Of a stretch of 64,000 nt of DNA, positions 26,942 to 42,126 are shown one piece after another (position 1 is the stretch's first letter; every line of letters begins with the position of its first letter). The DNA comes from Chrysomallon squamiferum (taxonomy: Eukaryota > Animalia > Mollusca). The stretch lies in contig CM022670.1 in NCBI GenBank assembly GCA_012295275.1, positions 21,824,001 through 21,888,000 on the forward strand. Direction: 5' to 3'. Made by a program: the position numbers and the translations under genes. The notes under the pieces are model-generated. The model saw nothing but the letters and a program-made list of their open reading frames with translations, did not search any database and was not told the origin of the DNA.

Positions 26942-28639
26942 TTACTTTTATACAAACCTGATTATTTTGTTGTAAATTTCTATATTTTAAAATAAAAGAA
27001 TACTAATGATTTACCTGAAAAGTAAAATAAACTTGTTTTTTTATATTAGAAACTATTTACACTTTAACTAATTAAATAGTTATTTATTTATACAAATTAC
27101 TATTTAAATTAGGCATGATATCCTTATTATCCATGTGCATTGTACATAATAATCATTGTAATGTTATTGTAGGTATATTCGTTTGTTCTGTCTATTTCAT
27201 TCTGTCCATCTAACTGCCCCGGTTGGGAAAAACTGACATAGATAAATTGATGTGTATGTGTCTGTGTGTATGTATGTATAAAAATATTTGTGTTAGAGAG
27301 AATGGGTATATAAATGTGTGTGAAATAGAGTGTGCTTTTTGTGGATTTTTTGGAGAGAATCAGATGATTGATAGAGAGATTATATATAAATAAATACAAG
27401 AGTGAGTAGGTTTATGTGTGTATATATATGTGTATTAGGGTAGATATAGCTAAATGGATGGACACACACAAACACATATATTGTATAAACTGCATAATCT
27501 ATATATGCAAACTACATAAATAGATACATAGATACATAGGTTCATAATCATGAGTATTTGTTTTTTATGTTAGAGGATTTTATATAACTGAATATGTGAA
27601 TAAAAGTATGTTTATATGTGTGTGAAATAGATTGTGGATAGATAGCTAGACTTAGAGAGACTGATATGTAGGTGTGGTTATATGTCTGTGTGTGTCATAG
27701 AGAGAGAAGAGGTATTGACGTATGTATGAAACAGAGAAGTGTGTCATGTGTGTATGATTTTTCAGAGAATGAGAGATAATTATGTAAATAAATATATCTA
27801 TCTATCTATATAAATATGTTTGTTGGTCACACCTGCTCACCTTTTTCTAACAAATTTATTAAAAACATTATTGAGACGTTAATGAAGAAATGATATAATT
27901 TTCTTACTCATATACAGTGCCCATTACCTGTCTCTATCCATTTATTCATCGCTAATATAAATGTACCTGTCTATCCTCTGTCTGTCTGTCTATAAGTACA
28001 TAATTATAGATATATTTAGATATATACATAAAGACAGACAGAATGCACAAATAGGGATACTACTACTACTACCGCTACTACTGCTACTACTACTACTAAT
28101 AATAATAATAATTAGTCAATTTCATATATTAGGTAGTCGAAGGGAAATAACTCTGTTCTCCATTAATAATAGGAATGAATATAACAATGATAATGGAATA
28201 TAGCATTAACAACAACAGAACAAATTTTGAAAAATAAAAATAATAATGATATAGTTTCGAATTTAGATTTCTGTTTCAATTAATTCGTAGAGTTAAGTGC
28301 TAAAGAAATTATGAAAAACAATTATATTATGTTTGTTTATCGTGTATGGGATATGCTGTTTAATTATTCAGCGAAGATAACAAAAATTAATAATGATATA
28401 AAAAAACAATTTTTCAAATAACAGAAGATTGTAACAGCATAAAAAGAAAATAGTTTAAGAAATAAAAACGAATAATTGTACTGAATTAAATATCAAGTAT
28501 AATTCAAATCCGGGCACCGGGGATGAGGTGCATACGCATGTCCCCCTGCCCTACTCCCCCGCATGCTGGCTGTCTGCCCAGCCCTCACACAGAACCAAGT
28601 TGAAACTTTAAAGTTTTTTTGTCAGCATGCTCATGTGTA

Positions 28640-29480
28640 TGAGATCCTGTTATCGAATCTCGGCGGTACGGCATTTTTGGAGATTCCACAGCAGTACTTT
28701 CTGATTCCAGATTCATCTATGAAAGAGTGTGGAAAAATCACGTTCTTTAAATATATATTATGACATAATCCATGACGTGTCACTGGAAGTGGGAAGAGTT
28801 TACTCCACCAAGTAAAAATTATAACGATTAGACTTATCTCCCTTTAGTGATATGTGTCCACAAACATATATTAGAGTTATGTCCCTTACTTGAGATATAC
28901 TCACAGAGCAAAGTAAAAATTACATCGATTAGAGTTATCTCCCTTTAGTGATATATGTTCGCAAACATAGATCAGAGTTATGTCCCTTAAGTGAGATCTA
29001 CTCAGTAAACTTACATATACTAATTATCCGTACAGGATAAATGGAACCTCTAAAAATGCTGCACCACCGAGATTCGATCCACAATTGTGGAAAAATCACT
29101 TTGTTTATGTATAATACGGGTCACGTTTATGTATAAAATGGGTCACCAGATGTGGGAGGAGTTTACTGCGTGAAGTAACAATTATATCGATTTGAGTTAT
29201 CTCCCTTTAGTGATATGTGTTCACAAATAATAGATTAGAGTCCCTTACATGAAATGTACTCACTAATCTTACGTATGGTAATTATTCGTACGGGATAAAT
29301 GGAACCTCCAAAAATGCTATACACCTACATACACTGCGAAGAAAAAATTGTATCGATTAGAGTTATTTCCCTTACGTGAGGTGTATTCACAAACTTAGGT
29401 TAGAGTTATGTCCCTTACGTGAGATGTACTCACTAAGCCTTCGTACGGGATTAATGGATCCTCCGAAAACGCCCTTCAGC
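28640..29480. mobile_element. Non-autonomous element with an inverted subrepeat and internal TTAGAGTTATCTCCCTT tandem repeats (MITE/HINE-like)
   Basis: 28651-28688 is the inverted counterpart of 29042-29078 (TGGAACCTCTAAAAATGCTGCACCACCGAGATTCGAT), with partial copies at 29300 and 29454. There are about 8 copies of TTAGAGTTAT(C/G)TCCCTT. Confidence 0.5.
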
Positions 29481-29679
29481 AGTTACAATATATGGTCATA
29501 TCACATGACCATATGGTTCCCAGTGCTAATGAAATATCCCAGATAGGAAGCAGTAATGTTAATATATCTTGCTAGCATTTACTCCACATTAAAAACTTTA
29601 AAACATTACATAATCTAAGCTTTATAGAATAGGAACCAATGGCTATTATTTCTCTATTCTAAAAATGTCTCAACTTAAA

Positions 29680-30105
29680 ATGTTGCCATACTTTCCAGAA
29701 CAAGTGCAGAGAGGGGTAGGTTATGAAGATTACTATGCTGACCAGCTCGTGACCTAGATGAGCGTCTTACAGGAGCAGCATTTACATCTTGTGACGATGT
29801 CTCTCATTCTGCATCAGCTGTCATATTCACATCCCGCTCTGTCTCAGTAAAATGACCCCAAGTAAATGGAAGGGGAGAAGTGATCACTCGATCAACATTC
29901 TCACTTACGGTTTACAAAACTGATTCTCATTATCGGGGAGACGTTTACAAGGATTTAAAGCTGGGTTATGGCTATTACAGTGGGATCTATGATCTATGTC
30001 GTTTGTTATGGTAGATGTTAAATGCGGTGGCTCAGTAGTGACTATATCTTTTGAATCCAGGATCTGTGGACATTTTTCTGAGATGCAATTAGTTACATCT
30101 TCTGA
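29680..30105 (-). mobile_element. Possible degenerate 3' end of a Gypsy LTR-retrotransposon pol
   Basis: The minus strand encodes VRRSSRSRAGQHSNLHNLP, which resembles the RR(S/T)xRxxAGxHSNxHxLP tail seen after the integrase in some metazoan Gypsy elements (from memory). Frames are broken. Confidence 0.4.
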
Positions 30106-30445
30106 TTGAAATAGTTAAACAGTATTAAAATAACAGTTTATATTACACACAGATTTCTTAATGTGAGATATAATTTTGCAGGACTCGAAATGGCCAAATG
30201 TGACCAAAGTTCTGTTTAGGCGACTGGGATGTGAAAAACATTATAGCTAGTTACCCAAAAAATATTATCTGGGTGACCTGTTTTTTCTATAAGATATAAC
30301 ACAAGAGCCACTATTAATATTTTTTATCGCAAATATTTATTTCACATAAACAATCTATTTATAAACACTAATGCTGTAATGAACATTTCCAACCCGTATG
30401 TTAAAGGATTATCGGTTGGTTAACAGAACAACTTAGGCGATAACA

Positions 30446-30694
30446 CTGTACATCACGAGATGAGTGTGTGTTAACACAGTGACGTTTTTTACACAACTTG
30501 TCACAGTTAGAACCATACTTGACTTTCAGCTCACACGCTATGATATTATATGATATAAGTAATATGATATGATTTAATATGATATAAAATGATTAACTTA
30601 TCACACTGTGATATATAAAAATAATGAACACATTTTGGAAGATAGATTTTGTGTTTCCAATCGACAAATTATATATATATAGATATATAGATAT

Positions 30695-30763
<69 letters not shown>

Positions 30764-31481
30764 AAGATTTAGATACAGATATAATAGAACATTAAATGAA
30801 CTGTATCTTAATTATACATTTATTTTGAGAATTTGAAAAAGATTGTTTAAAATGTGGGTCAGGGTGTGTGTGAACGAATGAAAAAGGTTTAACAGCATCC
30901 AAGCATTCAAATCAGAATTAACAATATAACATAAAATAATATAATATAATAGAATATAATAGAACATAACATAATATAATATAATAAAATAGAACATAAT
31001 ATAATATAATATAATAGAAAATAACATAATATAATATAATATATCGTACTGACGTTTTTCAGATACCTTGACACAGCTTGATTAGTGCTAATTATAAATG
31101 AAAATTAACACATATGAGATATAATTTTACAAACATTTTCATAGAAAAAATAAACCTTACTGTAAGTACTTATTTAAATTCTAATTATATACAATGACAT
31201 AAACTAAATTTGTAATCAGCGAATGAATAGATGTTATAAAAAAACAAAACATATATTAGTTTTTCATAGTAAAATAGAATGTTTAAAAGGGTATATGACG
31301 AATGAAAAGACGCCTTGTATTTTAAAACGTTCGGTCATTAATATTCCTAAGAGGCAAACTCTGGAAATATCATTTTAAGCAAATAAGTGCGCGGCAGTGT
31401 AATCAAATCTGAATGATAAAAAACAACAGAAAATCAAGATCAACAAAAGCCCTCTTACAAAAAATAAAAAATAAAAATAAA

Positions 31482-31512
<31 letters not shown>

Positions 31513-34500
31513 TATAAAAGTAGATTTTATGTATGTAATTACCTCGTGTACATTTTGTTCCAGTCCATCCTGCCGTACATCGTGCAGTGTCACATTTTCC
31601 TGTCTGTACGTCACAAGATGAGTTTGTGTTAACAAAGTGACGTTTTTTACACAGCTTTCACAGTTAGAATCAAAATTAACGTTCAGTTTACACGCTATGA
31701 TATAATATGATATAATGTAATATGATATGATAAGATATGATATAATGTAATATGATATGATATAATATTATCGTTTTTCTCATAACTTGTCACACTGTGA
31801 TATATAAAAATAATGAACACATTTTGGAAGATAGGTTTTATGTTTCCAATCGACAAATTAACACATATATGGAAAAGTGAATGAAATGTATCTTAATAAT
31901 ACATTTATTTAGAAAATTTGAAAAAGATTGTTTAAAATGAGGGTCAGGTTATGTGTGAACGAATTAATAAATGTGAAACTTTAACAACATCCAAACATTC
32001 AAATCAGAATTAGCAAGAAGGACTGTTCTCTATAACTCACCATAGACATCAGTCTCTAAAAAATGCAAGGTTGTACCACCGTTAGGGTAATTATTTGTTC
32101 CCTGATAAAAAGCAACGTATTAGGCATTTGAATTAGTGAGCTAAGTAAAAGCTGAAAACAATGTGTGCTAGAAGTAAACATTTGAACTATGATTTCTTTA
32201 ACACGAAGCATTGCTCGCTTTAACTCACCGTATACTTCAACTTCTATAAAATGCAAGGTCGTACCAATGAGGCTGCCATGGTTTGTTCCTTGATAAACAG
32301 TCACGTATCTGGCATTAACATTACACGTGAAACTCACGACATCAGGAATATCAGTAACAGTACCACACAGATGTCCTGTGTTAGATGAATTCACTGCTGT
32401 GTTTGTGTAGATCTGTACTCCGAGTCTTCGCCACTCATCTAAACAGATCAGTAACTTTGAAATGAAATAACTGTTTAGAAAATGTATTTTTTATCCCAAT
32501 TTGATATAAAAAATAATAATAATTATACTTGTCTATGGACTTCGCGAATCTATCTACCCTTAATGAGATGACAGTTGTTGATACCTTGTCAGCTGGTGTG
32601 ATAACAATTTTGCGGTTTTTCTGTAGATTGTTTATATTAGGCGGTTCCATAACCAACATATTTTCGTTTAATCGAATAAAGCATGAAATTTCGAATATTT
32701 GCATTCATATTTTTAGTGACGTTTTGGCTGCTTTTAAGAAATAACTATCGTTTCCAGCTATATTTACAATATATGTACCTAATCCTATTATATTATTATA
32801 ATGATTTTCTTCTTTACTTGAAGTTAGTACACCTTTATTGATAGATTATTTTGATCCCGGATTACCTGAAACTCGTTATTAAGGATTGCCTGTGTATTGT
32901 TTAGGTCTCTCAAAGTTCTAGTGGCAAAATAAATTTGCTTTAAATATGATTTTTGTTTTCTTGACTAGCCAAAAGTTTAAAAACACAGACATATATATAT
33001 ATATATATATATTTGTAGACACAACAGTTTCCTTTTGCTATGATTTTCCATATAGAACTACCTTATTTCATAACTCACTTATTTTCTATTGGTTAATTTT
33101 CTTTTTATTATTTATGACCATTGATCTAAAAGTATTAAAGTTAAGACTCAGATAGAATTATATTTGTAGTTGAGGACGTTTACTTAAGTTAAGCAGTGAT
33201 AGATTTGAGAATCTTTAAAACAAAAGGGTGTCATCATTAAATAGTACGTTTAGACGCTGTATCTGTCAGTGGTGATAATGGACTCTATTTTTGTCAGTTT
33301 GCCTGGCTGTACCGTATTATCTTTAACTTGATCAAAGTCTGGCTGTTTTACTCTTCATTATTATTTTAAATGTAAGATTTTTAGATACTTTAATTAGTAA
33401 ATTTATTGCCTGATTGCCCAAATTTTTGTTCATTTGTGCTGAACATTAGGTTAATTGTTTTTAGTGCTGGCTTTATGAACGAGTTTAATTCTTGCCTTAC
33501 TTTAGAGGGCTCTAGATAGAGCAGAATGTGCATGATTCTCCTCAAGGAGTTTAATATTAAGTAAGATGAATGCCTTACATATTTATGTATACATATATGA
33601 TGTATGACTGTATCTAGGTTTTATGTATGTATGTATGTATTCATATGTATTCATATTACATATATCTGTTTTTTGTGCTGTATAATTATATGATTTATGT
33701 TATTAAAAAAGTAAAAAAATAAAAAGATAGAGAAGAAAAAAGAGATAAAGGCAAAGAAACATATTTACGTACCTTCCTCTCTGAAATGCATTTTCACTTG
33801 TTGAACAAAGTACAGTTCTCCTAGATCCACTTCCCACCACGTGTAAGGCTGATATATCCCTGTGTGTATAAAATTGTTTCCATTCTGTTCAGTTTCTCCG
33901 TCCACAGCTAGTGATGCACTGCGTTGTGACATGTACTCATCTGAGTAGTAAGAACTCTGGTAGGCTGGCTTATGTAGAGCTACATTTTCTGTAGTAAACG
34001 ACAAACAAACAAGTAAACATATAATCAGTAATATCAGCTTGTATAAAAATAAATGAATTCTACATATTCATATACTTATTAGATTTCATACACGTTACTC
34101 ATTTTCCTTTCATACTTTCTATGTACTACCAGTCATTAAAAGATAACACAAATAGAAGAAAACAGTACAAATAGGCATTACACTAACAGTAAACTTTATT
34201 GTTTTTTCTCAGAAATACAAGATGCGCCGCGCTACTTTTATTTATTTCGCCACAACCTGCAATGACTTCGCTTCTCTCCTTCACTTATTATATTTGATAC
34301 ACTGAGTATAATTGTCTGTAATATAATTACTGCAGGTGTAGAACTACCATTGTATTTTAGGTATAAATAGTCAGATATATCAATTCGAAAAACACATATC
34401 TTTTATGTTCTGTTTTATCCATTACATGCCATAATTTAACATTGAATTCTAAACTAAAATGCCAGATTTTATATTTAATTTACGTAATTCTCTGGATTTT

Positions 34501-35370
34501 AAGTTCAAATGTATCATTTTACAGATTAGCCATCTGAAGCATATTTTGTATGAAAATGTTTGTATTTAATACACAGTGATCTCGGAAATTTGTTTTTTGA
34601 AACCTACTCTAGACCAATCGTTATTTACCACACACATTTAACAAAAGATCAAACTGTGGGATAGTTTGGCGAATGAACTAGTATTTATTCACAGTAAACC
34701 CCTTTTATTGGCATTAAAGGCTTGAGCGCAGTAGGTTCCAGAATTCATAAAATATATCTAAACTTATACATACACTAATATAATTATAGTGTTATATGTG
34801 TGTCTTTGTACGTGCGTGTCTACATTTGTGTACACACTGATACAAAATATTTCAGAATGGGTCTCTGCAAACTTCTATGATAATCTATCTCTTTTTGAAA
34901 ATAAAATAAAATAAACAACAACAACGGAAAAAAATCACGGATTCAATTCATTATTGTACTAACACTTATGTTGTCCACGTAAATTGTAAGATGTTTTGGA
35001 AACAAAGAAATACTTCAAAAGTTAACATTTTTTTTTCCGTTCATGCATTATTTAAAAACTGTACACATCATCTTTCAAATGTCAAAGAAAAAAACAAAAA
35101 CAAAACGAAACGAAACAAACAGTTGATAAATTATTAAGACTGTAATTCTAACAGAAAACCAAATATATAAATAATTTCTAAAACGCCACTGCCTATTACA
35201 TCTGAAATAGATCAGGATTATCTGGAATGAAAAAGAAGCGTGTAAAATGCATGAACAAATCTGCAACAAGCTCATCACTGATAATTAACTTACCAAACTG
35301 CGAATATCTTAACATGAGATATAAAAATGAAACACACAGTAACAGTGAAAAATGTGCACATTGCAGCCAT
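30446..35370 (-). pseudogene. F-type lectin/EGF receptor paralogue, truncated (copy D)
   Basis: Exons: signal 35294-35370 (77 nt, out of phase); FTLD 33773-33988 and 32229-32438 (intact); EGF 31543-31694 (152 nt, 1-nt deletion and a Cys-to-Phe change); EGF from 30537 broken at ~30446. No TM or tail exon nearby. Confidence 0.8.
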
Positions 35371-36087
35371 GCTATGTTAGTCCTGCCAACTAGGAAGTCT
35401 TTTATTTCTAGACTCTCTCTTTCCTATTGTCTCCTTCCGTTTGTTTTCACATGGTGAATTGATGTCGATGCAGATGATTATGTAAAAGACGCAAAACGCG
35501 GTACATAATATTTTATATGTTTTAAACTATACAAATGAGGAAGTCATCAGAAACGATAAAAACAGTGACGGACAAGATCAACTCCTATCTCAGGTTGCCG
35601 GCTTCACGAATAAAATGTAAATAAATAAATATACCTCTGTATGAATCAGTATACGATCCTCTCACTCATGAATATTCAGTAACCACCACAGAGACGCCAA
35701 CACTAATGACGTTAAAAGCAGAATAATTGACACTAATGTCAATGCTCTACTTCAGATATAAAAGCCTATACACAGATTTTTCTTTTATGTTTCATTGTCC
35801 CGGAAAACACTGCTAATAATAGGGTTGGAGCGTATAATTACCTAGTGTAACATATACAAACATATAAAGATATTATTAAATTAGAATAGAAATAGTAAAA
35901 AAGAGCATATAAATATACAAATAAAGGACACAACGACAAACACTCATAAATAATGAGATTTGTGTTGAGCAAAGTTAACAACAGTGGTACCTCTCTTGTG
36001 GAGAATCGCAGGTTTCCACTCATCAGAGGTACAATAATAAAATACAATTTAGTTTTTATCATATTCAGAAGAAAAATGAATCAAGGC

Positions 36088-36184
<97 letters not shown>

Positions 36185-36320
36185 CTGTTTAATCATATTT
36201 AACAGAAAAAGGAGTATAACGTTACTTCTTCTTTAAATAAAGGAAAATACACAGTTATCTAAAAATAAATCTTTCTCTGAGTTAAATCAGTATTTGTGTA
36301 ACAGTGTAAAATATCTGTCG
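32055..36320. repeat. Segmental duplication of the receptor 5' half (matches 58708-62857 plus 63812-64000)
   Basis: Near-identical exons, introns and upstream region. Confidence 0.95.
32530..33200 (-). mobile_element. Degenerate Penelope-like retroelement fragment in the intron splitting the F-lectin domain (duplicated at ~59180-59840)
   Basis: The minus strand gives LLNLSKRP...LSLNF (33140-33197) and then LQKNRKIVITPADKVSTTVI (32565-32625). These resemble the PLE motifs NLS....L..GLNF and IVIxPADKG..VI, in the right order. Confidence 0.55.
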
Positions 36321-37223
36321 AGCAAATTATAGCTGTCACTGTGATTCAACAAGACATCTACATTAGTTAGTAGTTCTTTTTCTTCTTGTATATAACTTTG
36401 TTTGTTATTTGTTATTTTTCGGGGTTGTTTGTTCTTCTTGTAGTCGTTATATTTCCTTATTTATTTTTATCGTTCTTTGTGTTATCAAATATGAAAAATT
36501 ACTTCACTAGGTAAATACAGCTGTAATATGCATTTATTTATTTGGTTTTTTGTGTGTTGTTTTTTATTCCTTTGTTTATTTATTTATTTAATAACGTTAG
36601 AAAATAGCAAATGTTCATTAAATTTTGTTTTCAAATTTCTATCTTCTTAGCATACAGTAATACATAGAAACAAACGCATCCACGAAACAAATGACAGCCA
36701 CACACAGAAACACACATACACACATGTATCTGTGTGTTTGTGTCGTGTACGTATATATATACTGTGACTCTTGTGACAGAAGTTATTAGAAGCATGGGTT
36801 TGTAATCTTATTAAGTATACAAACACATTCATACAAAAAGTAAAACAAGCATTTTATTTGAATAAAACCAATAGAAGTCTGTTACATGAAACTGTTAAGG
36901 TCATATTTACACAGAGTGGAATCTCTTAGTCTGAAAGAATTAAAACTAGTGATATAAAATAAGTGTGAGTAACAAAGCAATGTATGTACAAAAGAGAGGC
37001 AAACGTTTTATCTAAAAAGACCGCGATAGATATCACACACAAAAAATACATCTTTCTTTATTAATCTAATTACTGAACTTCACAATATTTATGTTTTTAT
37101 CTAACTCGTTTTAGAAAAAAGGAAAGTATTTTCACGAAGGAATTTGTTATCATGGTATAGATTATTCTTTCTAGAGAATATATCCGAAAAATACTTTAAA
37201 TGATGACTGTTACTTTCTTTTAA

Positions 37224-40200
37224 TTATGTCATGTTTATTTTGTCGTATGGAGATCCTTGGTCAACACATTCAACTTGCAAAGCATCGTAATCATTAGTGT
37301 GTCGTTGGTCATCTTGTGTGCCGTGTTGCGTGTGTCCTGAAGATCTTCTGTTACGTTCGATAGGTCCTTGATGTGAGGAAGAGGCAGAACCATTTGCATC
37401 ATCAACAACAGCTTCGTACACAGGATGAGCCATGGTAGTTGCTGTAGTTTGGTTTTCTCTATTTTTCTCAAAGGTTACAGACGGCTCCGTCGGTTTGGGT
37501 CTTCTCCGATAAACCCTGAAATTGATATTTCTCTTTTCATAGAAACATCGGTTGTGATTTAAATTATAATTAATTAATAACAGGTAATACACCAAGTATG
37601 ATCGATCACTGATTATTGAGAAATAAATATTCTCGAGTAAATTTGTGAATCAGCGATATATTGATAAAGCATCCCTTCCTGATGAAAATATGAACACAAT
37701 TATATTTAAAACCCCCAAAAATCTAAATCTCATTTTCATAGTAATTAATGTTGACCTAAATCAAAACGTTTAATATTATCGAAAACAAGAGAAAATGCAA
37801 AATATATTTTCTTACGTAATAACAAGAATGAGGGCAGCTCCACTGAAAATCAAGGCTAAAGCTGTGATAGATGACAGAATAATGACACTAGTCTGTGTGG
37901 TTTTCTGATCTGGAACTGAAGATAAATTATCGGTATGTATAGACGAATGAATGTTTTATAACAAATTAGTAAACATACATTGAAGTAAACACAAAATTAT
38001 TTTTCTACCTGTGCAGTCCTGTCTTGTCCATCCATATTCACATCCATTTTGACATTTTCCACTGATGTGATTACACTCTGAAAGTCCACTACAGTGTCTT
38101 TCTGTACATGATCTTGAACATTTTGGACCATACCATCCTTGGTCACAAGCTAAAATCAAAAATGTATTTCCAAGTAGAAAGTAAAATATATACTATATTA
38201 TTTTGTTCATGACTGAAAACAGTTCGAAATTCTCCAAATGATAAAATGTACCAATACAAGAAGTATCCAAATTTAACTGTTCGATGCAAAAAACGTTGAG
38301 GTAACCAGTCTAAAACAAACAATCTTCAAACAATTTTAAACTGTGATTAATGTTAAAACGAAAATATAAAAATAAAATACTCACGTTGCTTACAGAGCTG
38401 ACCTTGGTATCCATCTTTACAAACTCCTGAACACTTTCCAGAAATAAAATCACACGTTTCTGTTTTACACTGACCACACGTAGAATTACAGTCAAATCCG
38501 TATTTTCCAGATCTGCATTCTGAAAACAAAAAGTGCCAACTTACACATCAGTTTCAGCTGTGATGAGAATAATAACAATAGTACTGCTGACAAAGATAAT
38601 GCATTGTTATAAACATAGAAACTCTTACCTATCCAAATAAATATATATGCACATAAGATACAAACACAAACACGCACACACATACAAGAACATGCAAACA
38701 AGAAAATACAGTGATTCTTAAATATTTCAAATGAAACAATGGTTGAACAAGGTAAAAAAAAATAAAAAATAAAAAATGAAATGTAAAAAACGATAATAAT
38801 AATAATAACTAACCCCAAAACAATAAAGAGATGAAGAAACTATGAAAAACAAATAAAAAACTTGATATCCAGCTTTTCAGCCATTTTTACATTGTCCTTG
38901 TATTGTTTTTACATTCACCACAAATAAAATTACAATTAGATCCCAATTCTGCACAGTCTCATTCTGGATACAATGGAAAAGATCTGTTACTTATGTAATT
39001 TAACATCTATAACACATTGCACTGTAACATAGACCAATCTTTGTATCAGTAAAAACTAAATATAATCATTTGTAAGAAGAGAAAAGAAAATAAAAATAAA
39101 AAATAAAAGTAAATAGATAAAAAAAAAATTAAATAAATAAAATAAAAAGATAAAATTAAAACAAAAACTGAAATCTAAAAATGTACAACCAAATTTAACT
39201 GTCCGATGCAAAAAACGTTGAGGTAACCAGTCTAAAACAAACAATCTTCAAACAATTTTAAACTGTGATTAATGTAAAAACGAAAATATAAAAATAAAAT
39301 ACTCACGTTGCTTACAGAGCTGACCTTGGTATCCATCTTTACAACCTCCTGTACAATTTCCAGAAATAAAATCACATGTTTCTGTTTTACACTGACCACA
39401 CGTAGAATTACAATCAAATCCGTATTTTCCAGATCGGCATTCTGAAAACATACAAAGTGCTAGCTTACACATCAGTTTCGTAATTTTTATTTGTATTAAT
39501 ATATTCATACATACATACATACCTACACCTGTCAGTTATCTATATTTGATTCTTGCATTTTTCTATTATGTTTTCTATTTTTTGTTCTTTCTTTACCAAT
39601 ACTACTACTACTACTACTATTACTACTAGTACCTATTATTACTATTACTATTACGACTACTACTATTACAACTACTACAACTACTACTACTACCACCACT
39701 ACCACTACTACTACTTGTACTACTACTCCTAATACTCATATTGTTATTATCATCACTATTATCATTATTATTATTTACATTCACTTCAGTGCATGGATCC
39801 TTATAGTTTTTCCTTTTTATTATTATCAGTATTATCAATATGATGATGCTGATTACTATTATTATTATTATGATAGTCCTGTAACAATATCGCCATTTAC
39901 TCTAACTGAATTTAGGATATGTGAAATGTAGAGTACGACTGACTTTGTTTGCACAAGATTCCGTCGTAACCTTCAGTACAACCTCCAGTACAATTTCCAG
40001 AAACTCTATCACATGGCTTGCTTCTACAGTTCCCACATCTAGATTCACAGTTTTTATCATATGATCCTGGATTACATTCTGCAGTTATTGAAATAGGAAC
40101 AAAACCAATAAAATAATGAACAATTGTTTAACGACAAAACAGTTGATTTTAATATTAAGAATAATTATGTTTCAGGTCTGCTTCTCAGAGAGAGAGCCTC

Positions 40201-42090
40201 CTTCATAACTTTCAAATACTTATGATCAGTAAGAATTTAAACTATTATTGTATAATTAAATCATTTCTTCAAACTTTCCACACTGTTTTTAAAGGTTGTA
40301 TTGATAACTGTGTTTCTATGTATTTCAAAGCGAACACTGATCCTATACCTTTTCTACAGTCTGTTCCATTCCATCCTGCCGTACATCCTGCAGTGTCACA
40401 CTTTCCTGTCTGTACGTCACAAGACGAGTGTGTGTTAACACAGTGACGTTTTTTACACAACTTGTCACAGTTAGAACCATACTTCACGTTCAGCTCACAT
40501 GCTAATATAATGTGATGTTATATAAATACCTTGTTACAGATATAATCCTTTTTTTAAATATTATTGTTTCGACTGTAACATTTAGTACATGATGACTTTC
40601 AACAACATTATGAACCAATAACCATTTATTATTATTATTATTATTACTATTATTATTTTTTTTTTTTTTTTTTTTTTTTTTCATCATATTAATCATTCTT
40701 CTGGAGAACAGGAATTTTAAAATAATAATAGTTTAAGCAAATTGCTCACATTAACTCACAATATATCGTTCAAGTGCATGATGATAAATTATTAACAAAT
40801 TTATCGAGAAGAAATGTTCATAGTATTTATATACTTATGATTTGTAAGAATTTAAACTATTATTACATAATACCAATATTTTGTTTGTTCAAAGTTCCAA
40901 TCTGTTTTTCAATGTTGTATTGATAACTCTGTTTCTATATATTTCAAAGCAAACACTGATCCTGTACCTTCTATACAGTCTGTTCCATTCCATCCTGCCG
41001 TACATCCTGCAGTGTCACACTTTCCTGTCTGTACGTCACAGGATGAGTTTGTGTTAACACAGTGACGTTTTTTACACAACTTGTCACAGTTAGAACCATA
41101 CTTGTCGTTCAGTTCACACGCTAGTACAATGTAATGTAATGTAATGTAAATACCTCGTCAGATATATAATATTCGTTTATTTTTAGTACTATGTTTTGAA
41201 TGTAACATTCAGTATATTATGATATTCTACAACAATCTTTTTAAACACTGTGAACCAACAACTATATATTATTACTGTTCTTGTTCTTATTAGTAATTAT
41301 TATTCCTCATCATTATCATCAATATCATCAATATTAATAAATCAACTGGTTACTTATGGTGTTTTTATTCCGGAGAAAATGAATTTTAAAATAATTATAG
41401 TTTAAAGAAATTGCTCACTTTAACTCACCATATACTTCAACTTCCAGAAAATCTAAAGCTGTACTACCACCATTATCACTGTTTTGGTAGACAGTCACGT
41501 ATCTGGCATTAACATCACACTTGAAATTCACGACACCAGGAATATCAGATCCATCTTTTCTACCAGTAACAGTACCACACAGATGTCCTGTTTTAGATGA
41601 ATTCACTGCTGTGTTTGTGTAGATTTGTACTCCGCGTCTTCTTGTTTTGGCTTTAATACATCAAATTTGTATATGAAATAGAGAGTTTTATGTATCCTAG
41701 TACATAAAGTTAATAATCTGAAATAAAGCTGCAATGTTCTAAAAAATAAATAAATAAATAAATAAATAAATACATTTTTTATATCGCGTTTTAATGACCA
41801 GCATCAAGTAAAAAAAAAAAAAAAAAAAAAAAAGGATGAAATAAAAATCTAAATCGTCTGCTGTCTACATTCCTGTTTAAATACAGTGTCCATTCTCTCT
41901 TGAAAATACTCCATTTACTGTCTTTGTATTTATATAATAACTGGAATCAATCAAGTCCTACTGAATAATACATATACTACACGACACATGATGTAAATAT
42001 AAAATGTGCATCAGCGTACTGTATAGTGTGATCTTCCTTCAACTTACTGTAGTTATACTATGAATATATGTGTGTATGTATCCATGTATG

Positions 42091-42126
<36 letters not shown>

